This document shows, piece after piece, positions 8,752-19,002 of a stretch of 64,000 nucleotides of DNA (position 1 is the first letter of the stretch; each line of letters starts with the position of its first letter). Source of the stretch: an uncultured Pseudomonadota bacterium (GTDB lineage: Bacteria > Pseudomonadota > Gammaproteobacteria > CAJXQU01); NCBI GenBank assembly GCA_913058255.1, contig CAJXQU010000002.1, positions 169,352 to 233,351 on the forward strand, in the 5' to 3' direction. Both the position numbers and the translations under genes were made by a program. The notes beneath the pieces were generated by a model, which searched no databases, was not told the DNA's origin, and saw only the letters and a list, made by a program, of their open reading frames with translations.

Positions 8752-9744
8752 ATGAGTTCTACCTCAACAATAGATAAAAGCTACCTAAATACAACGAAAG
8801 ATGTTTATAAAGATGCTGCCCTGACTCCGGATGTCGGTTTGTGTTGTACAACCACGCCTATCTGGCAATTGCCTGAATTGGAAATCCCAACGATCATGTT
8901 AGAAATGAACTATGGTTGTGGAAGCACCGTTAACCCAAGAGATTTAGTTAATGATCCGAACATACTTTACGTGGGAGCCGGTGGTGGTATGGAACTATTA
9001 CAGTTCGCATATTTTAGTCGTAAAAAATCGGGCGTAATCGGTTTGGATGTTGTCGAAGAAATGCTTACTGCGAGTGACACTAATCTGACAACAGCTGCTG
9101 CGACGAACACTTGGTTTCAACGAGACTTTGTTGATCTACGCCATGGTGATGCATTATCGTTACCCATCGAGAATGAGAGCATCGATGTCGCCGCACAAAA
9201 CTGTTTGTTTAATATTTTTGAAGAAGCTGAGTTAAAGACGGCATTAGCTGAAATGTATCGTGTGCTCAGACCAAACGGTCGGTTAATTCTTTCTGATCCC
9301 ATTTGCGATCAATTGATACCAGAAGCACTACGCAATGATGAAGTTTTGCGTGCGCAATGTTTGTCAGGTGCTATTCCATTAAGTGATTATTTACAGCGTT
9401 TAATTGATGCGGGTTTCGGTACGATTGAAGTCAGAGCAAAAAGACCCTATAGAATGTTAGCGCCTGAACATTACGCAACGGATGAAAAGCTATTAATCGA
9501 AAGTGTAGAAATCTGTGCGATTAAAGATCCTATTCCTGAAGATGGAGCTTGTGTGTTTACAGGTCGTACGGCGATCTATTACGGTGATGCTGAAATTTTT
9601 GATGATGGTAAAGGCCATGTGATGACGCCTAACCAACCACTTTCAATTTGTAATAAAACAGCCTTAGCTTTAGAAAAACTGCAACGAGATGATTTATATA
9701 TCTCTGAGTCAACTTGGTTTTATGATGGGGGAGGTTGCTGTTAA
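8752..9744 (+). CDS. arsM: Arsenite methyltransferase of the arsenosugar-biosynthesis type
   Basis: GLCCTT, NYGCGST, SAM motif YVGAGGG, AQNCLFN, RAQCLSGA and C-terminal YDGGGCC. Confidence 0.8.
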   Translation: MSSTSTIDKSYLNTTKDVYKDAALTPDVGLCCTTTPIWQLPELEIPTIMLEMNYGCGSTVNPRDLVNDPNILYVGAGGGMELLQFAYFSRKKSGVIGLDVVEEMLTASDTNLTTAAATNTWFQRDFVDLRHGDALSLPIENESIDVAAQNCLFNIFEEAELKTALAEMYRVLRPNGRLILSDPICDQLIPEALRNDEVLRAQCLSGAIPLSDYLQRLIDAGFGTIEVRAKRPYRMLAPEHYATDEKLLIESVEICAIKDPIPEDGACVFTGRTAIYYGDAEIFDDGKGHVMTPNQPLSICNKTALALEKLQRDDLYISESTWFYDGGGCC

Positions 9745-10037
9745 GATTTAAGAGCTGATATCTTTATAAGGAATGACTTGATTGGCTGGAATGAAAAGGT
9801 CTCTATAGCATTTTTTTCATATATATTTAAAGATAATTTTCATCATAACTTTTATATTTTTTTATTTGCAACGCAAAGCTTATCCTAAAGAGTGTCGGCA
9901 TAAAATATATAATGCTCATTAGACGGTAAGATTACTGAGTATGTAGATAGGTTTATTCTGAGATTAATGTTTCGAGGTGAAGTTTTTGATACCGAGATCA
10001 AAAGGATGACAGAATAGTATTTTTGATCTTTTAAATT

Positions 10038-10070
10038 ATAGGAACCTTTACCTTCAGCAAAGGTTCCTAT
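10038..10070. terminator. Hairpin between convergent genes (likely terminator)
   Basis: 12-bp stem ataggaaccttt/aaaggttcctat just downstream of the MCP stop codon. Confidence 0.55.
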
Positions 10071-10092
10071 CTTTGAACTTAATGAGAGAGCT

Positions 10093-11967
10093 CTAAAATT
10101 CTTCCCACTCGTCACTATTAATGCTTTGATTTGCTGCCGCTGCTTTCATTTGCACAGGCCTTCTTGCCGGCGCTTTCTCAGCTGGTTTGTCTTCATTCCA
10201 GGGACGCTCATTTGATCGTCTATTGTCTTGTGTTGACGCTTGAGTTTGCATTACCTCTCCTGTATTGAAGAATTCCATTTGTTCTAGTAGGCCTTGAGAT
10301 TGTTCTTCCATAGACTCACTGGCAGCGGCAGCTTGTTCAACCAAGGCAGCATTTTGTTGTGTGCCTTGATCCATTTGCGTGACCGCTTTATTAACCTGCT
10401 CGATTCCAGTCGATTGCTCCAGTGATGCTGCGGCAATTTCGGCAATGATATCACTGACTTTCTTCGCAGAAACCGTGATTTCTTCAAGCATAGTTCCAGA
10501 TTCATCAACCAGCCTTGAGCCTTCTTCAACCTTTTGAACACTATCGTTTATGAGGCTCTTGATTTCCTTCGCTGCACCTGCAGAACGTTGTGCAAGGTTT
10601 CGGACTTCTGATGCTACGACTGCGAAGCCTCGTCCTTGTTCACCCGCTCTTGCTGCTTCTACCGCAGCATTCAAAGCTAACAAGTTAGTTTGGAAAGCTA
10701 TCTCATCAATGACACCGATGATGTCTGATATCTGACGGCTAGATGCATTAATTTCTGACATCGCAGCTACAGCACTACTGACAACCGTACTACCTTTTTC
10801 TGCTTGTTCTCTTGAACTAGCTGATAGTTGGTTTGCCTGACGAGCATTATCGGCATTTTGTCTCACTGTACCGGTAATTTCTTCCATGCTAGACGCTGTT
10901 TCTTCTAATGATGAAGCCTGTTGTTCAGTTCGGTTACTTAAATCGGTATTACCTTGTGCAATTTCACCTGCTGAAGACTGAAGGTTGACAGCACCCTCCC
11001 TAATATCAGCCACCATATTCTTAAGGTTTAGAACACACTCGTTAACAGATGTTTGAAGACCATCAAATTCATTACTGTAGTCGCCATCCATCGTTTGAGT
11101 TAAATTACCTGCAGCGATAGCGCTCATTACATGGGATGTTTCATCCATTACTTGTTCTAATTCTTGGGCCTTATTTTTTTGTTCCGTAATATTTGTCGCG
11201 TACTTAACGACCTTAAAGGCTTCCTTTTTAGGATTAAAGATAGGGTTGTAAGAAGCTTCTAACCATAGCTCGCTTCCATCTTTAGCTATGCGTAGGTATT
11301 GTCCTGAATCAAACTCACCATTCCCGAGTTTTTTCCAAAACTGTTGATATTCAGCACCGTTTCGTTCGTTTTGCTCAACGAACATACTATGATGTTTACC
11401 TTTGATCTCATTAAGGCTATATCCGACGGTTGCACAGAAGTTATCATTGGCTGTAATAATCGTACCGTCGAGTTCAAACTCGATAACCGCTTGAGCTTTG
11501 CTAATGGCTTCTAGCTGGCCAACAAAGTTGGAGTTTTTATGTATATCTTCAGTAATATCGGTAGCATATTTAATGACTTTAAATGGTTTTCCATCTAAAT
11601 CGAGTATAGGGTTGTAGCTTGCTTGTAACCAAAGGTCACTCCCATCTTTAGCTATGCGCAGGTATTGGCCTTCATCGTACTCACCTTTTGCGAGATTTTT
11701 CCAGAAGCCTTTATATTCAGCACTTGTTCTCTGGCTCTCTTCTACAAACATACTGTGATGCTTGCCAACAATTTCTTTTAACTGATATCCAACGGTTGAG
11801 CAAAAATTTTCATTCGCATTGATGATAGTTCCATCCAACTCAAACTCAATCACCGCTAGAGCTTTGCTGATAGCCTCAATCTGTGCGGCTTGTTCAATTT
11901 GTTTTAAACGTTCATCTTGTGACATCTTAGTGTTATCCATTATTTTATTTTTTTGAGTTGTTGGCAT
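10093..11967 (-). CDS. Soluble methyl-accepting chemotaxis protein (PAS-PAS-HAMP-MA) with C-terminal pentapeptide
   Basis: Two AVIEF..DG.I..AN.NF PAS repeats, signalling motif [31 protein letters not shown]-terminal EWEEF, no TM segment. Confidence 0.95.
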   Translation of the reverse strand: MPTTQKNKIMDNTKMSQDERLKQIEQAAQIEAISKALAVIEFELDGTIINANENFCSTVGYQLKEIVGKHHSMFVEESQRTSAEYKGFWKNLAKGEYDEGQYLRIAKDGSDLWLQASYNPILDLDGKPFKVIKYATDITEDIHKNSNFVGQLEAISKAQAVIEFELDGTIITANDNFCATVGYSLNEIKGKHHSMFVEQNERNGAEYQQFWKKLGNGEFDSGQYLRIAKDGSELWLEASYNPIFNPKKEAFKVVKYATNITEQKNKAQELEQVMDETSHVMSAIAAGNLTQTMDGDYSNEFDGLQTSVNECVLNLKNMVADIREGAVNLQSSAGEIAQGNTDLSNRTEQQASSLEETASSMEEITGTVRQNADNARQANQLSASSREQAEKGSTVVSSAVAAMSEINASSRQISDIIGVIDEIAFQTNLLALNAAVEAARAGEQGRGFAVVASEVRNLAQRSAGAAKEIKSLINDSVQKVEEGSRLVDESGTMLEEITVSAKKVSDIIAEIAAASLEQSTGIEQVNKAVTQMDQGTQQNAALVEQAAAASESMEEQSQGLLEQMEFFNTGEVMQTQASTQDNRRSNERPWNEDKPAEKAPARRPVQMKAAAANQSINSDEWEEF

Positions 11968-11985
11968 CTCTGGCCCTCTTTATTA

Positions 11986-12015
11986 TTTGATGTTTACGAG
12001 CCTGTAAACATCAAA
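11986..12015 (-). promoter_or_regulatory. Stem-loop just upstream of the MCP ribosome-binding site
   Basis: Perfect 12-bp inverted repeat tttgatgtttac/gtaaacatcaaa with a 6-nt loop. Confidence 0.5.
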
Positions 12016-12247
12016 AATTTAATTCTAGTAGCTTGACTATCCTGTACTAATTATCAAAGTGGTAACATTCAATAAGAATTTTTTGACCCAAAAAAGAGTG
12101 CGATTTAAGAAGCATTTAAATCAGTCTCATTAAAACAAATAGGTACAGTCTAATTATCAGATAGATCATGCATTGCGTTTGCAAGAGCATCTCGGTTAAA
12201 CAATCCACCCTAGGAAGTAACCACAAGCTTATTCCTAGTGCTCTTTG

Positions 12248-12274
12248 CTATCGGCATAGATGGTACAAACTTGA
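12248..12274 (-). promoter_or_regulatory. sigma28 (FliA) promoter for the MCP
   Basis: Minus strand TCAAG-N14-GCCGATAG, upstream of a chemoreceptor. Confidence 0.8.
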
Positions 12275-12431
12275 ATAGTCTATAAATACGGCGTATTAAC
12301 GTGCGCCATAAATTGGTTCATATGGGTATCCTTGACCGCTACAGTGATTAATTCATGTCAGAGGAACTAGAATATAGTAGGAAAGGAGTGTAACTACCGA
12401 GTAACGGCATTGAAAAACAGTAAAAGTAGAA

Positions 12432-12863
12432 TTATTCTAAAGTGCTTAGGTTGGTTTTGATCGCCTTCCTTACAGAGTCGATAGCAATGATGATTTGATC
12501 CACTGAAGGTTTCTCTTCAGTCATGGTGCTCCAATTGTCAGACCATATTTTATTCAAGGTATTAGCTGCATTCTTTACGTTTGAAGTTGTAAGTATGCTT
12601 AAGTCAGAAATTAACCCCACCTTTACCCAGCCTTTTCTTGGGTTTCCTTCTTTTGTATCACCATCATAATGAGCAGCATAAACAAGCTGTTCTAAAGATG
12701 ACAACTCTAAGAGCATTTCGAAGCAGGCAGTACGAATATTGTTATTTTTTTCAGAGGCTTCCATTCGCCAGACGTTGTATGAAAAGCCGACGAGTGTAAA
12801 CAAAACACTGAAAATAACCGTGGCTTGATATAGGTGCATACTATTTTTATTAATTGTATTCAT
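12432..12863 (-). CDS. Hypothetical protein with N-terminal membrane anchor
   Basis: 143 aa, one TM segment, motif GNPRKGWVKVGLI. Family not identified. Confidence 0.75.
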   Translation of the reverse strand: MNTINKNSMHLYQATVIFSVLFTLVGFSYNVWRMEASEKNNNIRTACFEMLLELSSLEQLVYAAHYDGDTKEGNPRKGWVKVGLISDLSILTTSNVKNAANTLNKIWSDNWSTMTEEKPSVDQIIIAIDSVRKAIKTNLSTLE

Positions 12864-12964
12864 AATGTTATGGACCGAATAAAAGTGATAGCAACCGGAG
12901 TTTATAAATGAAATACAAAGAACAGTATTCCATTACTTAAAGTTCAACCTAAAAGTGCAAGTGG

Positions 12965-13921
12965 TTATAAAAGATGTTCTGCCATTTTATCGGTCATAGA
13001 TACTAATGCATCGATCATGGCTGGTTCATTAGCAAGATGCCCTGACTCTGGCAAAATTGTTATCGATGATTTTGGAATCGATTTATGTAGTCTCCAAGAT
13101 GATTCTAATGGGCAGGTAATATCTCGACGGCCATGCACGATTACAATAGGGACTTCAGGAAGCTGATTAATATTTTTTAATAATTGATCATTATCTAAAA
13201 AATACCTATTCAACGCATAATGGATTTCAAGATGGATTTCTCGGATCAGTTTTTCAAGATCTTCTTCATCCTGTTTTTCGTCATTTTGCGGTAATGTCCA
13301 CGTGACCACTTTACTTGTCCATCGCGACCAAGCCTTAGCAGCGTTAGCTCTTTCATCATCATAAACCGATGTAATCATTTCGTGATAATCTGTAATAAGA
13401 TCATCATAGAAATTATCAGTATCTTTTGTTAGTGAAGTGAACCTCTGCCACTCATCTGGAAAAATACGGCCGACACCATCCCCAAAAAACCATTCAAGGT
13501 CACGTTTTGATGCGAGAAAAGTACCACGAAGAATAATCCCTGAAACTTGTTTAGGATAAGTTTCAGCGTAGAGCAGGGCAAGGGTGACGCCCCATGAACC
13601 ACCAAATAATACCCAGCGATCAATATTCAGCGTGTTCCGAATAATTTCCATATCAGCGATCAAATCATGAGAGGTATTTTCTTCAAGACAACCATGCGGT
13701 GTTGAACGGCCACAGCCGCGTTGATCAAATAAGACAATTCGATATTTTTCAGGATCAAAAAATTGTCGATGATAAGGCTGACATCCAGAGCCTGGGCCAC
13801 CATGTAAAAAAATAACGGGGATCCCGTTCGGATTGCCACATTCTTCTACATATAGTTGGTGCTTGCCAACGTTAAGAACGTATATTTTTGGATCGGTTAT
13901 TTTGGGGTACAGAGTTTTCAT
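12965..13921 (-). CDS. pip: Proline iminopeptidase
   Basis: HGGPG, FDQRGCGRS and nucleophile motif GGSWG. Confidence 0.92.
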   Translation of the reverse strand: MKTLYPKITDPKIYVLNVGKHQLYVEECGNPNGIPVIFLHGGPGSGCQPYHRQFFDPEKYRIVLFDQRGCGRSTPHGCLEENTSHDLIADMEIIRNTLNIDRWVLFGGSWGVTLALLYAETYPKQVSGIILRGTFLASKRDLEWFFGDGVGRIFPDEWQRFTSLTKDTDNFYDDLITDYHEMITSVYDDERANAAKAWSRWTSKVVTWTLPQNDEKQDEEDLEKLIREIHLEIHYALNRYFLDNDQLLKNINQLPEVPIVIVHGRRDITCPLESSWRLHKSIPKSSITILPESGHLANEPAMIDALVSMTDKMAEHLL

Positions 13922-13935
13922 ATCAGAGACAAACG

Positions 13936-14511
13936 TTAAGCATTCATTTTCAGTAATGCATTGGCCAGATCAGCGCCAACGGATTTAACAGCAGTCACTT
14001 TTTTCTGATCAACGAGGACGCCATTGTCATCAAAAGCTTGATGTGCCTGTGAGAGTGACTGTTGGTTAGGCAGAACTATCATGCTGAGATACTCCAACTG
14101 TAGGCGTAAAAATAGTAGTGCTTTCATACCACCAGAACCACCGGGAGTCGCACACATGATCGCAGCGATTTTGTTCTGATAAGCTGAAAGTCGAGTTTCA
14201 TCGGGTGATTCTGATCGTGAAGCCCAGTCGATGGCATTCTTTAATAAAGCTGGGAAACTACTGTTGTACTCAGGAGATGCGATTAACAGACCATCATGCT
14301 CAGTTAACAGTTTCTTGAAAGCTTGCGCATGCTCTGGCATTCCTTCGTTATTTTCTAAATCACCGTTATAGATCGGCATTGGATAATCTGCCAAATCAAT
14401 CACGGTGACCTCTGCGCCAGCGGTTTCAGCACCAACGATCGCAACGTTGAGCATTTTTTTGTTGAAAGAATCTTTTCGGCTGCTGCCTGAAAATGCGAGT
14501 ATTTTATTCAT
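13936..14511 (-). CDS. NADPH-dependent FMN reductase family
   Basis: GSSRKDSFN, ASPEYN and LKNAIDW. Confidence 0.9.
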   Translation of the reverse strand: MNKILAFSGSSRKDSFNKKMLNVAIVGAETAGAEVTVIDLADYPMPIYNGDLENNEGMPEHAQAFKKLLTEHDGLLIASPEYNSSFPALLKNAIDWASRSESPDETRLSAYQNKIAAIMCATPGGSGGMKALLFLRLQLEYLSMIVLPNQQSLSQAHQAFDDNGVLVDQKKVTAVKSVGADLANALLKMNA

Positions 14512-14999
14512 TTTTTATTTGCCTCTTTTTTAACTTCCCAGGTATCAATAATATTCGTTACCGTTCTGGCAGCCTGCTTCATGTGTGTATGAGCCAGCTC
14601 CATGTTTTTATCGAGAAATGCATCCCATGCTTTTTGTACATCAACACGCTCTCGCCCGAGTAGGTTTTCTTCTCGAAGCATGACGTAGGCTGTATCCAGT
14701 GCCTGTATCATCGGTTCGATCGATTCTTTTTGTAGCTCATGTTCTTGTAGAACAACCAAACACGCTGCAAGCGGAGCGGCATCAAAAATGGTCGAGGCTG
14801 ATAGCTGGCCCATCGCGCTCCAGTGATGTTGATAAAGATCACCAAGATCACGAATGAGCGTCATTAGGGCAAGCATTGATGGTAAATCATTAAATAAATC
14901 GGGGTCGCCACGTGCAGCTGCGACATCAGCAACAGCATGTAAAGAAGGGCCGATGACAGCTTGATATTCTTCAGGTTTGAGGTTCTCTGTTAGGGGCAC
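14508..14999 (-). CDS. Hypothetical protein
   Basis: 163 aa helical ORF tightly coupled to both neighbours. No family recognised. Confidence 0.7.
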   Translation of the reverse strand: MPLTENLKPEEYQAVIGPSLHAVADVAAARGDPDLFNDLPSMLALMTLIRDLGDLYQHHWSAMGQLSASTIFDAAPLAACLVVLQEHELQKESIEPMIQALDTAYVMLREENLLGRERVDVQKAWDAFLDKNMELAHTHMKQAARTVTNIIDTWEVKKEANKK

Positions 15000-15002
15000 G
15001 AT

Positions 15003-15245
15003 CTACTTTTCCTGTTTGGTTATGATGATTTTTTCATCGTTGAACTCAATAATATCACCGGCCATGATCTTTTTGCGTTTCTGTGTTTCAAGCTGGCCAT
15101 TGACGCTTACAAGGCCATTCGCAATAACGAGCTTTGCCTCACCACCGCTGGGCACCATGCCTTCAAATTTAAGTATTTTATATAACTCTGTCGGTTCTTG
15201 AATTATTTCGACTTCACGAGTTGTATCGTTGGATTTATCGTTCAT
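15003..15245 (-). CDS. S4-domain RNA-binding protein (YbcJ/YaaA-like)
   Basis: SGGEAK..VSVNGQLETQKRKKI motif. Confidence 0.88.
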   Translation of the reverse strand: MNDKSNDTTREVEIIQEPTELYKILKFEGMVPSGGEAKLVIANGLVSVNGQLETQKRKKIMAGDIIEFNDEKIIITKQEK

Positions 15246-15358
15246 TACTAACCTTTATTTCTAGAGTAAACAGAAGGGTAGCGGTTTTGTTTTGACATGT
15301 CTCTCCATTCTGTAGATTTTTTGATACTATCTGCACACAAAAAAGGAAGCTAAACAAC

Positions 15359-15841
15359 ATGAGTATAGAAAAAAATAAAGTAGTCACCTTTAATTATCGT
15401 TTAAAAGAGCCAGGTTTAGACTTTTTTGAGGATTCACGCGATACGGAACCCGCTGTTTATCTACACGGTTACAATGGCATGATGCCCGGTTTAGAAAAAG
15501 CACTAACAGGTAAAGAAGAAGGTGAGACGGTCAGTATTACTTTACCGCCAGAAGAGGCTTATGGTCTTCGCCACGAATCTGAGCCGCAGCGAGTGCCGAT
15601 CAAGTACGTAATAACTAAAGGTAAGCTCAAGCCTGGCATGGCCATTCAGCTGAATACTAAAGACGGTCCACGTGATGCAACCGTCATAAAGGTTGGGCGA
15701 TTCAATGTCGATATTGATTCAAATCATCCACTAGCTGGAAAAACGCTGGAGTTTGAGCTGGAAGTGATGAATGTGCGCGACGCGAGTGAAGAAGAAATCT
15801 CTCATAAACACGTTCACGGTGAAGGTGGTCATCAACATTAA
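15359..15841 (+). CDS. slyD: FKBP-type peptidyl-prolyl isomerase SlyD
   Basis: YLHG, PEEAYG, NHPLAGKTL and a His-rich tail. Confidence 0.92.
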   Translation: MSIEKNKVVTFNYRLKEPGLDFFEDSRDTEPAVYLHGYNGMMPGLEKALTGKEEGETVSITLPPEEAYGLRHESEPQRVPIKYVITKGKLKPGMAIQLNTKDGPRDATVIKVGRFNVDIDSNHPLAGKTLEFELEVMNVRDASEEEISHKHVHGEGGHQH

Positions 15842-16219
15842 GGTTAAGTTAGGTATATCAAGGAGCACTAGGCGTCAAAAAATGGGGTGATCGCATTATC
15901 TATTACTTCAATCATCTTGGCTGTAATGTTCTTTGCACCAGAGAGACCTTAAGGTCAAGCGTATTATAAACTTCGCTGATCAACGGGCTTTTCTGAGTGT
16001 ACCTAACCTTCTCAAGGTTACTTCTAACGTATTATTTATAATTGACGGTGTTTTTTTTGGTGTCTATGATTGACTAAAAGACCTGAAGCAGGCCTGTTAT
16101 AGCAGGGCGTGCGTCTGCTATAAGAGAGCACTATCCAACGAGCTGATATTTTTAGAGGGACTTTGTTGTTGGTATAGCTTCGAGCTACCTCCAATACAAT
16201 CTAATAAATTGAGGCGATC

Positions 16220-17611
16220 CTAGCGTACTAGACCACGTTTTAAAGAGAAATAAATACCTGGCAGACAAAGGCTCGCAGCAATTAAGAATGATAGCTGGAT
16301 GACTTTCGCAAGTTGCCCATATTTATCGGGAGTTATTTCTACAGGACCGATCAATAAACTCATAACCAAGGTCACGATGAACATGCTGCTTAATTGACCT
16401 AACATGCGCATGGAAGAATTGGTTCCTGCTGCAATGCCATACTGTGTTTTCTTCACCGCACCCATGATCGCATTTGTGTTTGGGGATGAAAATAATCCAA
16501 ATCCTGCCCCTGTAGTCATCAGTGCAATAATTAGAATTTTTGTTGGACTTTGTGCATCTAAAGTAGCTAGGATCACAAGGCCCAAAATAGTTAGCAATAT
16601 CCCTAGAGAAGCTAATATCCTCGGTTCAAAACGATCAGAAAGTTTACCTGATATCGGTGCAAAAATAGCCATAACTAAAGGCTGAGTCATCATAATCATT
16701 CCAGCAGTGCTGGCAGGAAAGCCTTTTATATATTGCAAATATAAACTAACCAATACGACATTCGCAAAAGTAGCTGTGTACATCAAATATGATGTACAAC
16801 AAGATAAGGTGAAAATACGATTATTGGTAAATAAACTGAGATCAAAAATAGGATGGGTTGCTGTTTTTTCAATACGAATAAACCACCAAATGGCAAGTAA
16901 GCCAAATACTATTAAGAGGTAACTAACGTTTGTTGTTAGTGTTGATATACCTACAGAAAACGCCACTATTGATGAGGCGTAAATGACTGTTCCTTTTATA
17001 TCTAAATCAGAAAAAGAATGCACATTTTCTGTATTAGACCAATCACCCTGGACTTTAACTAGGCCAATATATAAAACGATAAATGACAAGGGTATTTGAA
17101 AAATAAAACAAGCTTGCCAACCAAACTGCTCGATTAAATGGCCTCCAATAAAGGGCCCTGCGGCAAGACCAAAATATAAAGTGGATATAACGATCCCGAT
17201 CGTAGCCCCACGTTGTGCTGGTGGAAAAACAGAAGAAATAATGGCTACTTGAGTCGCATAGAGCATGGCTGCACTTACGCCTTGCAATAGCCTGAAAAAT
17301 ATCAACGCTTCACCACTTGTTGACATCGCTGCAGCAATAGAAGAAACAATCGTTGAAGCAGTACCTATCAGGAATATTTTCTTCCGCCCAAACATATCTG
17401 CCAAGCGTCCAAAGAAGAGCACGAACATCGCACCAGCCATCAGATAAGCCATAGGGATCCAACTCAACATGACTGCATTCATCGTCAGACTTTCAGCAAT
17501 CGAGGGTAGGGCAACATTGACTGATGAAAGCATTAACGGTGTTGCCCATGCGTTCAATAACACCATAAACAATGTATTTCTTTGCAATGGTGCTAATGAA
17601 AAAATATTCAT
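16220..17611 (-). CDS. MFS transporter (DHA2-like)
   Basis: NVALPSI, GRLADMFGRKK, about 14 TM segments. Confidence 0.9.
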   Translation of the reverse strand: MNIFSLAPLQRNTLFMVLLNAWATPLMLSSVNVALPSIAESLTMNAVMLSWIPMAYLMAGAMFVLFFGRLADMFGRKKIFLIGTASTIVSSIAAAMSTSGEALIFFRLLQGVSAAMLYATQVAIISSVFPPAQRGATIGIVISTLYFGLAAGPFIGGHLIEQFGWQACFIFQIPLSFIVLYIGLVKVQGDWSNTENVHSFSDLDIKGTVIYASSIVAFSVGISTLTTNVSYLLIVFGLLAIWWFIRIEKTATHPIFDLSLFTNNRIFTLSCCTSYLMYTATFANVVLVSLYLQYIKGFPASTAGMIMMTQPLVMAIFAPISGKLSDRFEPRILASLGILLTILGLVILATLDAQSPTKILIIALMTTGAGFGLFSSPNTNAIMGAVKKTQYGIAAGTNSSMRMLGQLSSMFIVTLVMSLLIGPVEITPDKYGQLAKVIQLSFLIAASLCLPGIYFSLKRGLVR

Positions 17612-18321
17612 TAAATAAAGCTAGCGAATAAACCGATCAAGCCACCCAATACACCGCCCCAAACGACTAACCAGCCAAGGTGTTTGCGGATCATTTCTTG
17701 AATAATTTCCTTGACCATTTGCGGAGTGAGTTCGTCTAGGCGTGAATTGACAATGGACTCTATATTTTCTGTAATATCGCTGCCTAATTTATCGGTATTG
17801 AGGCCTGCATGAAGTGCTTTTTGAAATTTCTCACCAGCGGTCATATCTTCTAAAGCTGAGCGCATTTTAATTGAAACGGGTTCCCGTAAAGGTTCTAATG
17901 CTTCTGCACCACCCACCATTGCAAGCATAGAGCCTAGCGAGGAAGCATTGATTGCATCGATTAAAGATTGAAAAATTGTATCGTAATCGACCGCATCGAG
18001 AATGGGGGAAAAGTTTAAAACATTTTCTGATGAACCTTCTTCTGATTTTATAAATCGTTGAATATTTTCAGTCGTGAAAAATTGCTTCATCATGATATTT
18101 TTTATGCCTGTTTTAAATTCTTCAAACTGGTTTGGGATCACACCAGATCCATATAAAAACGGGACTTTTTCAAACAACATGTGAATCGCTAACCAGTTTG
18201 TGATAGCACCTGATAATGCAAACAAACCAACCGATAAAATGATCTTAGAGTGGACAGGAGAAACTAAGCCCGCAATAACTAGAGCGAGCGCAAGAATATT
18301 CGTGATCAGGCTTTTATTCAT
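17611..18321 (-). CDS. DUF445 family membrane protein
   Basis: TNWLAIHMLF..GVIP and C-terminal HLGWLVVWGG. Confidence 0.85.
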   Translation of the reverse strand: MNKSLITNILALALVIAGLVSPVHSKIILSVGLFALSGAITNWLAIHMLFEKVPFLYGSGVIPNQFEEFKTGIKNIMMKQFFTTENIQRFIKSEEGSSENVLNFSPILDAVDYDTIFQSLIDAINASSLGSMLAMVGGAEALEPLREPVSIKMRSALEDMTAGEKFQKALHAGLNTDKLGSDITENIESIVNSRLDELTPQMVKEIIQEMIRKHLGWLVVWGGVLGGLIGLFASFI

Positions 18322-18662
18322 GATAACTCCAGCGCAGGGGTATCGAATTTAACGCCACTCAAACCATGTAGGATGAAGTTACGTATATTGGCGTGATCAG
18401 TCGCGTCTGGATGTTGTAAAACATCTTCACGATAGTAAACACCAAAACAGGCCAGCGTTTCTTGTTCGGTCAGATCATTTAATTTTCCGAATGCAAAGAT
18501 CTTACAAGAACCTTCATTGGCTCCACTCTCGTTGACTGTATCGCCATTGATAAAATCCGTAGGTGTATAACGGTAGTTGTCTTCTATCACCTGCATCGTT
18601 TGTTGAAACTCAATGGACTCAGGACGAGTCTTAAGCTGAGTAAAAAATTCTTCTAATGTCAT
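18318..18662 (-). CDS. HopJ-domain protein
   Basis: NEGSCKIFAF and DHANIRNF motifs of the widespread HopJ family. Confidence 0.85.
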   Translation of the reverse strand: MTLEEFFTQLKTRPESIEFQQTMQVIEDNYRYTPTDFINGDTVNESGANEGSCKIFAFGKLNDLTEQETLACFGVYYREDVLQHPDATDHANIRNFILHGLSGVKFDTPALELS

Positions 18663-18694
18663 AAGTTTTTTTTAAACCTTTTAGTCTTATTTTT

Positions 18695-18922
18695 CTAATG
18701 AATGGTGGGCGTATTCTTTAACGGTTCAATCAAGTACTCTAGTCCGTTGATCTTAATCTCCAAGGCAAGCTGTAATAGCATTCCCAATTGACCTTCTGGA
18801 AAGCCTTTATCAGAAAACCAGAGTAAATAAGGCTCAGGCAGATCAATCAGTACTCGGCCTTTATATTTTCCGAACGGCATGGGGATTTTTGCCAGTTTAA
18901 CTAGATCTTCCTTTTCAAACAT
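18695..18922 (-). CDS. DUF3820 (YpeB-like) protein
   Basis: MPFGKYKGRVLIDLPEPYLLWF..KINGL. Confidence 0.85.
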   Translation of the reverse strand: MFEKEDLVKLAKIPMPFGKYKGRVLIDLPEPYLLWFSDKGFPEGQLGMLLQLALEIKINGLEYLIEPLKNTPTIH

Positions 18923-19002
18923 TTAGATAGGAGCGCTTGTTCGTTATGATAGTGTGGTAATTTTACAGATTTTTAAACAGAAGCCTAGAGCCGATCTTAC
19001 GT

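Noticed and set aside
9885-10115. 76-aa minus-strand ORF
   Set aside because: It overlaps the MCP stop and runs through the terminator hairpin in AT-rich DNA; likely spurious.
15855-15951. Possible decayed C-terminus of a membrane transporter (..VIALSITSIILAVMFFAPERP-stop)
   Set aside because: It needs two frameshifts to extend and is too short to assign.
18318-18662. HopJ protein as evidence of type III secretion
   Set aside because: The family is widespread in non-pathogens and there are no T3SS genes in the window.
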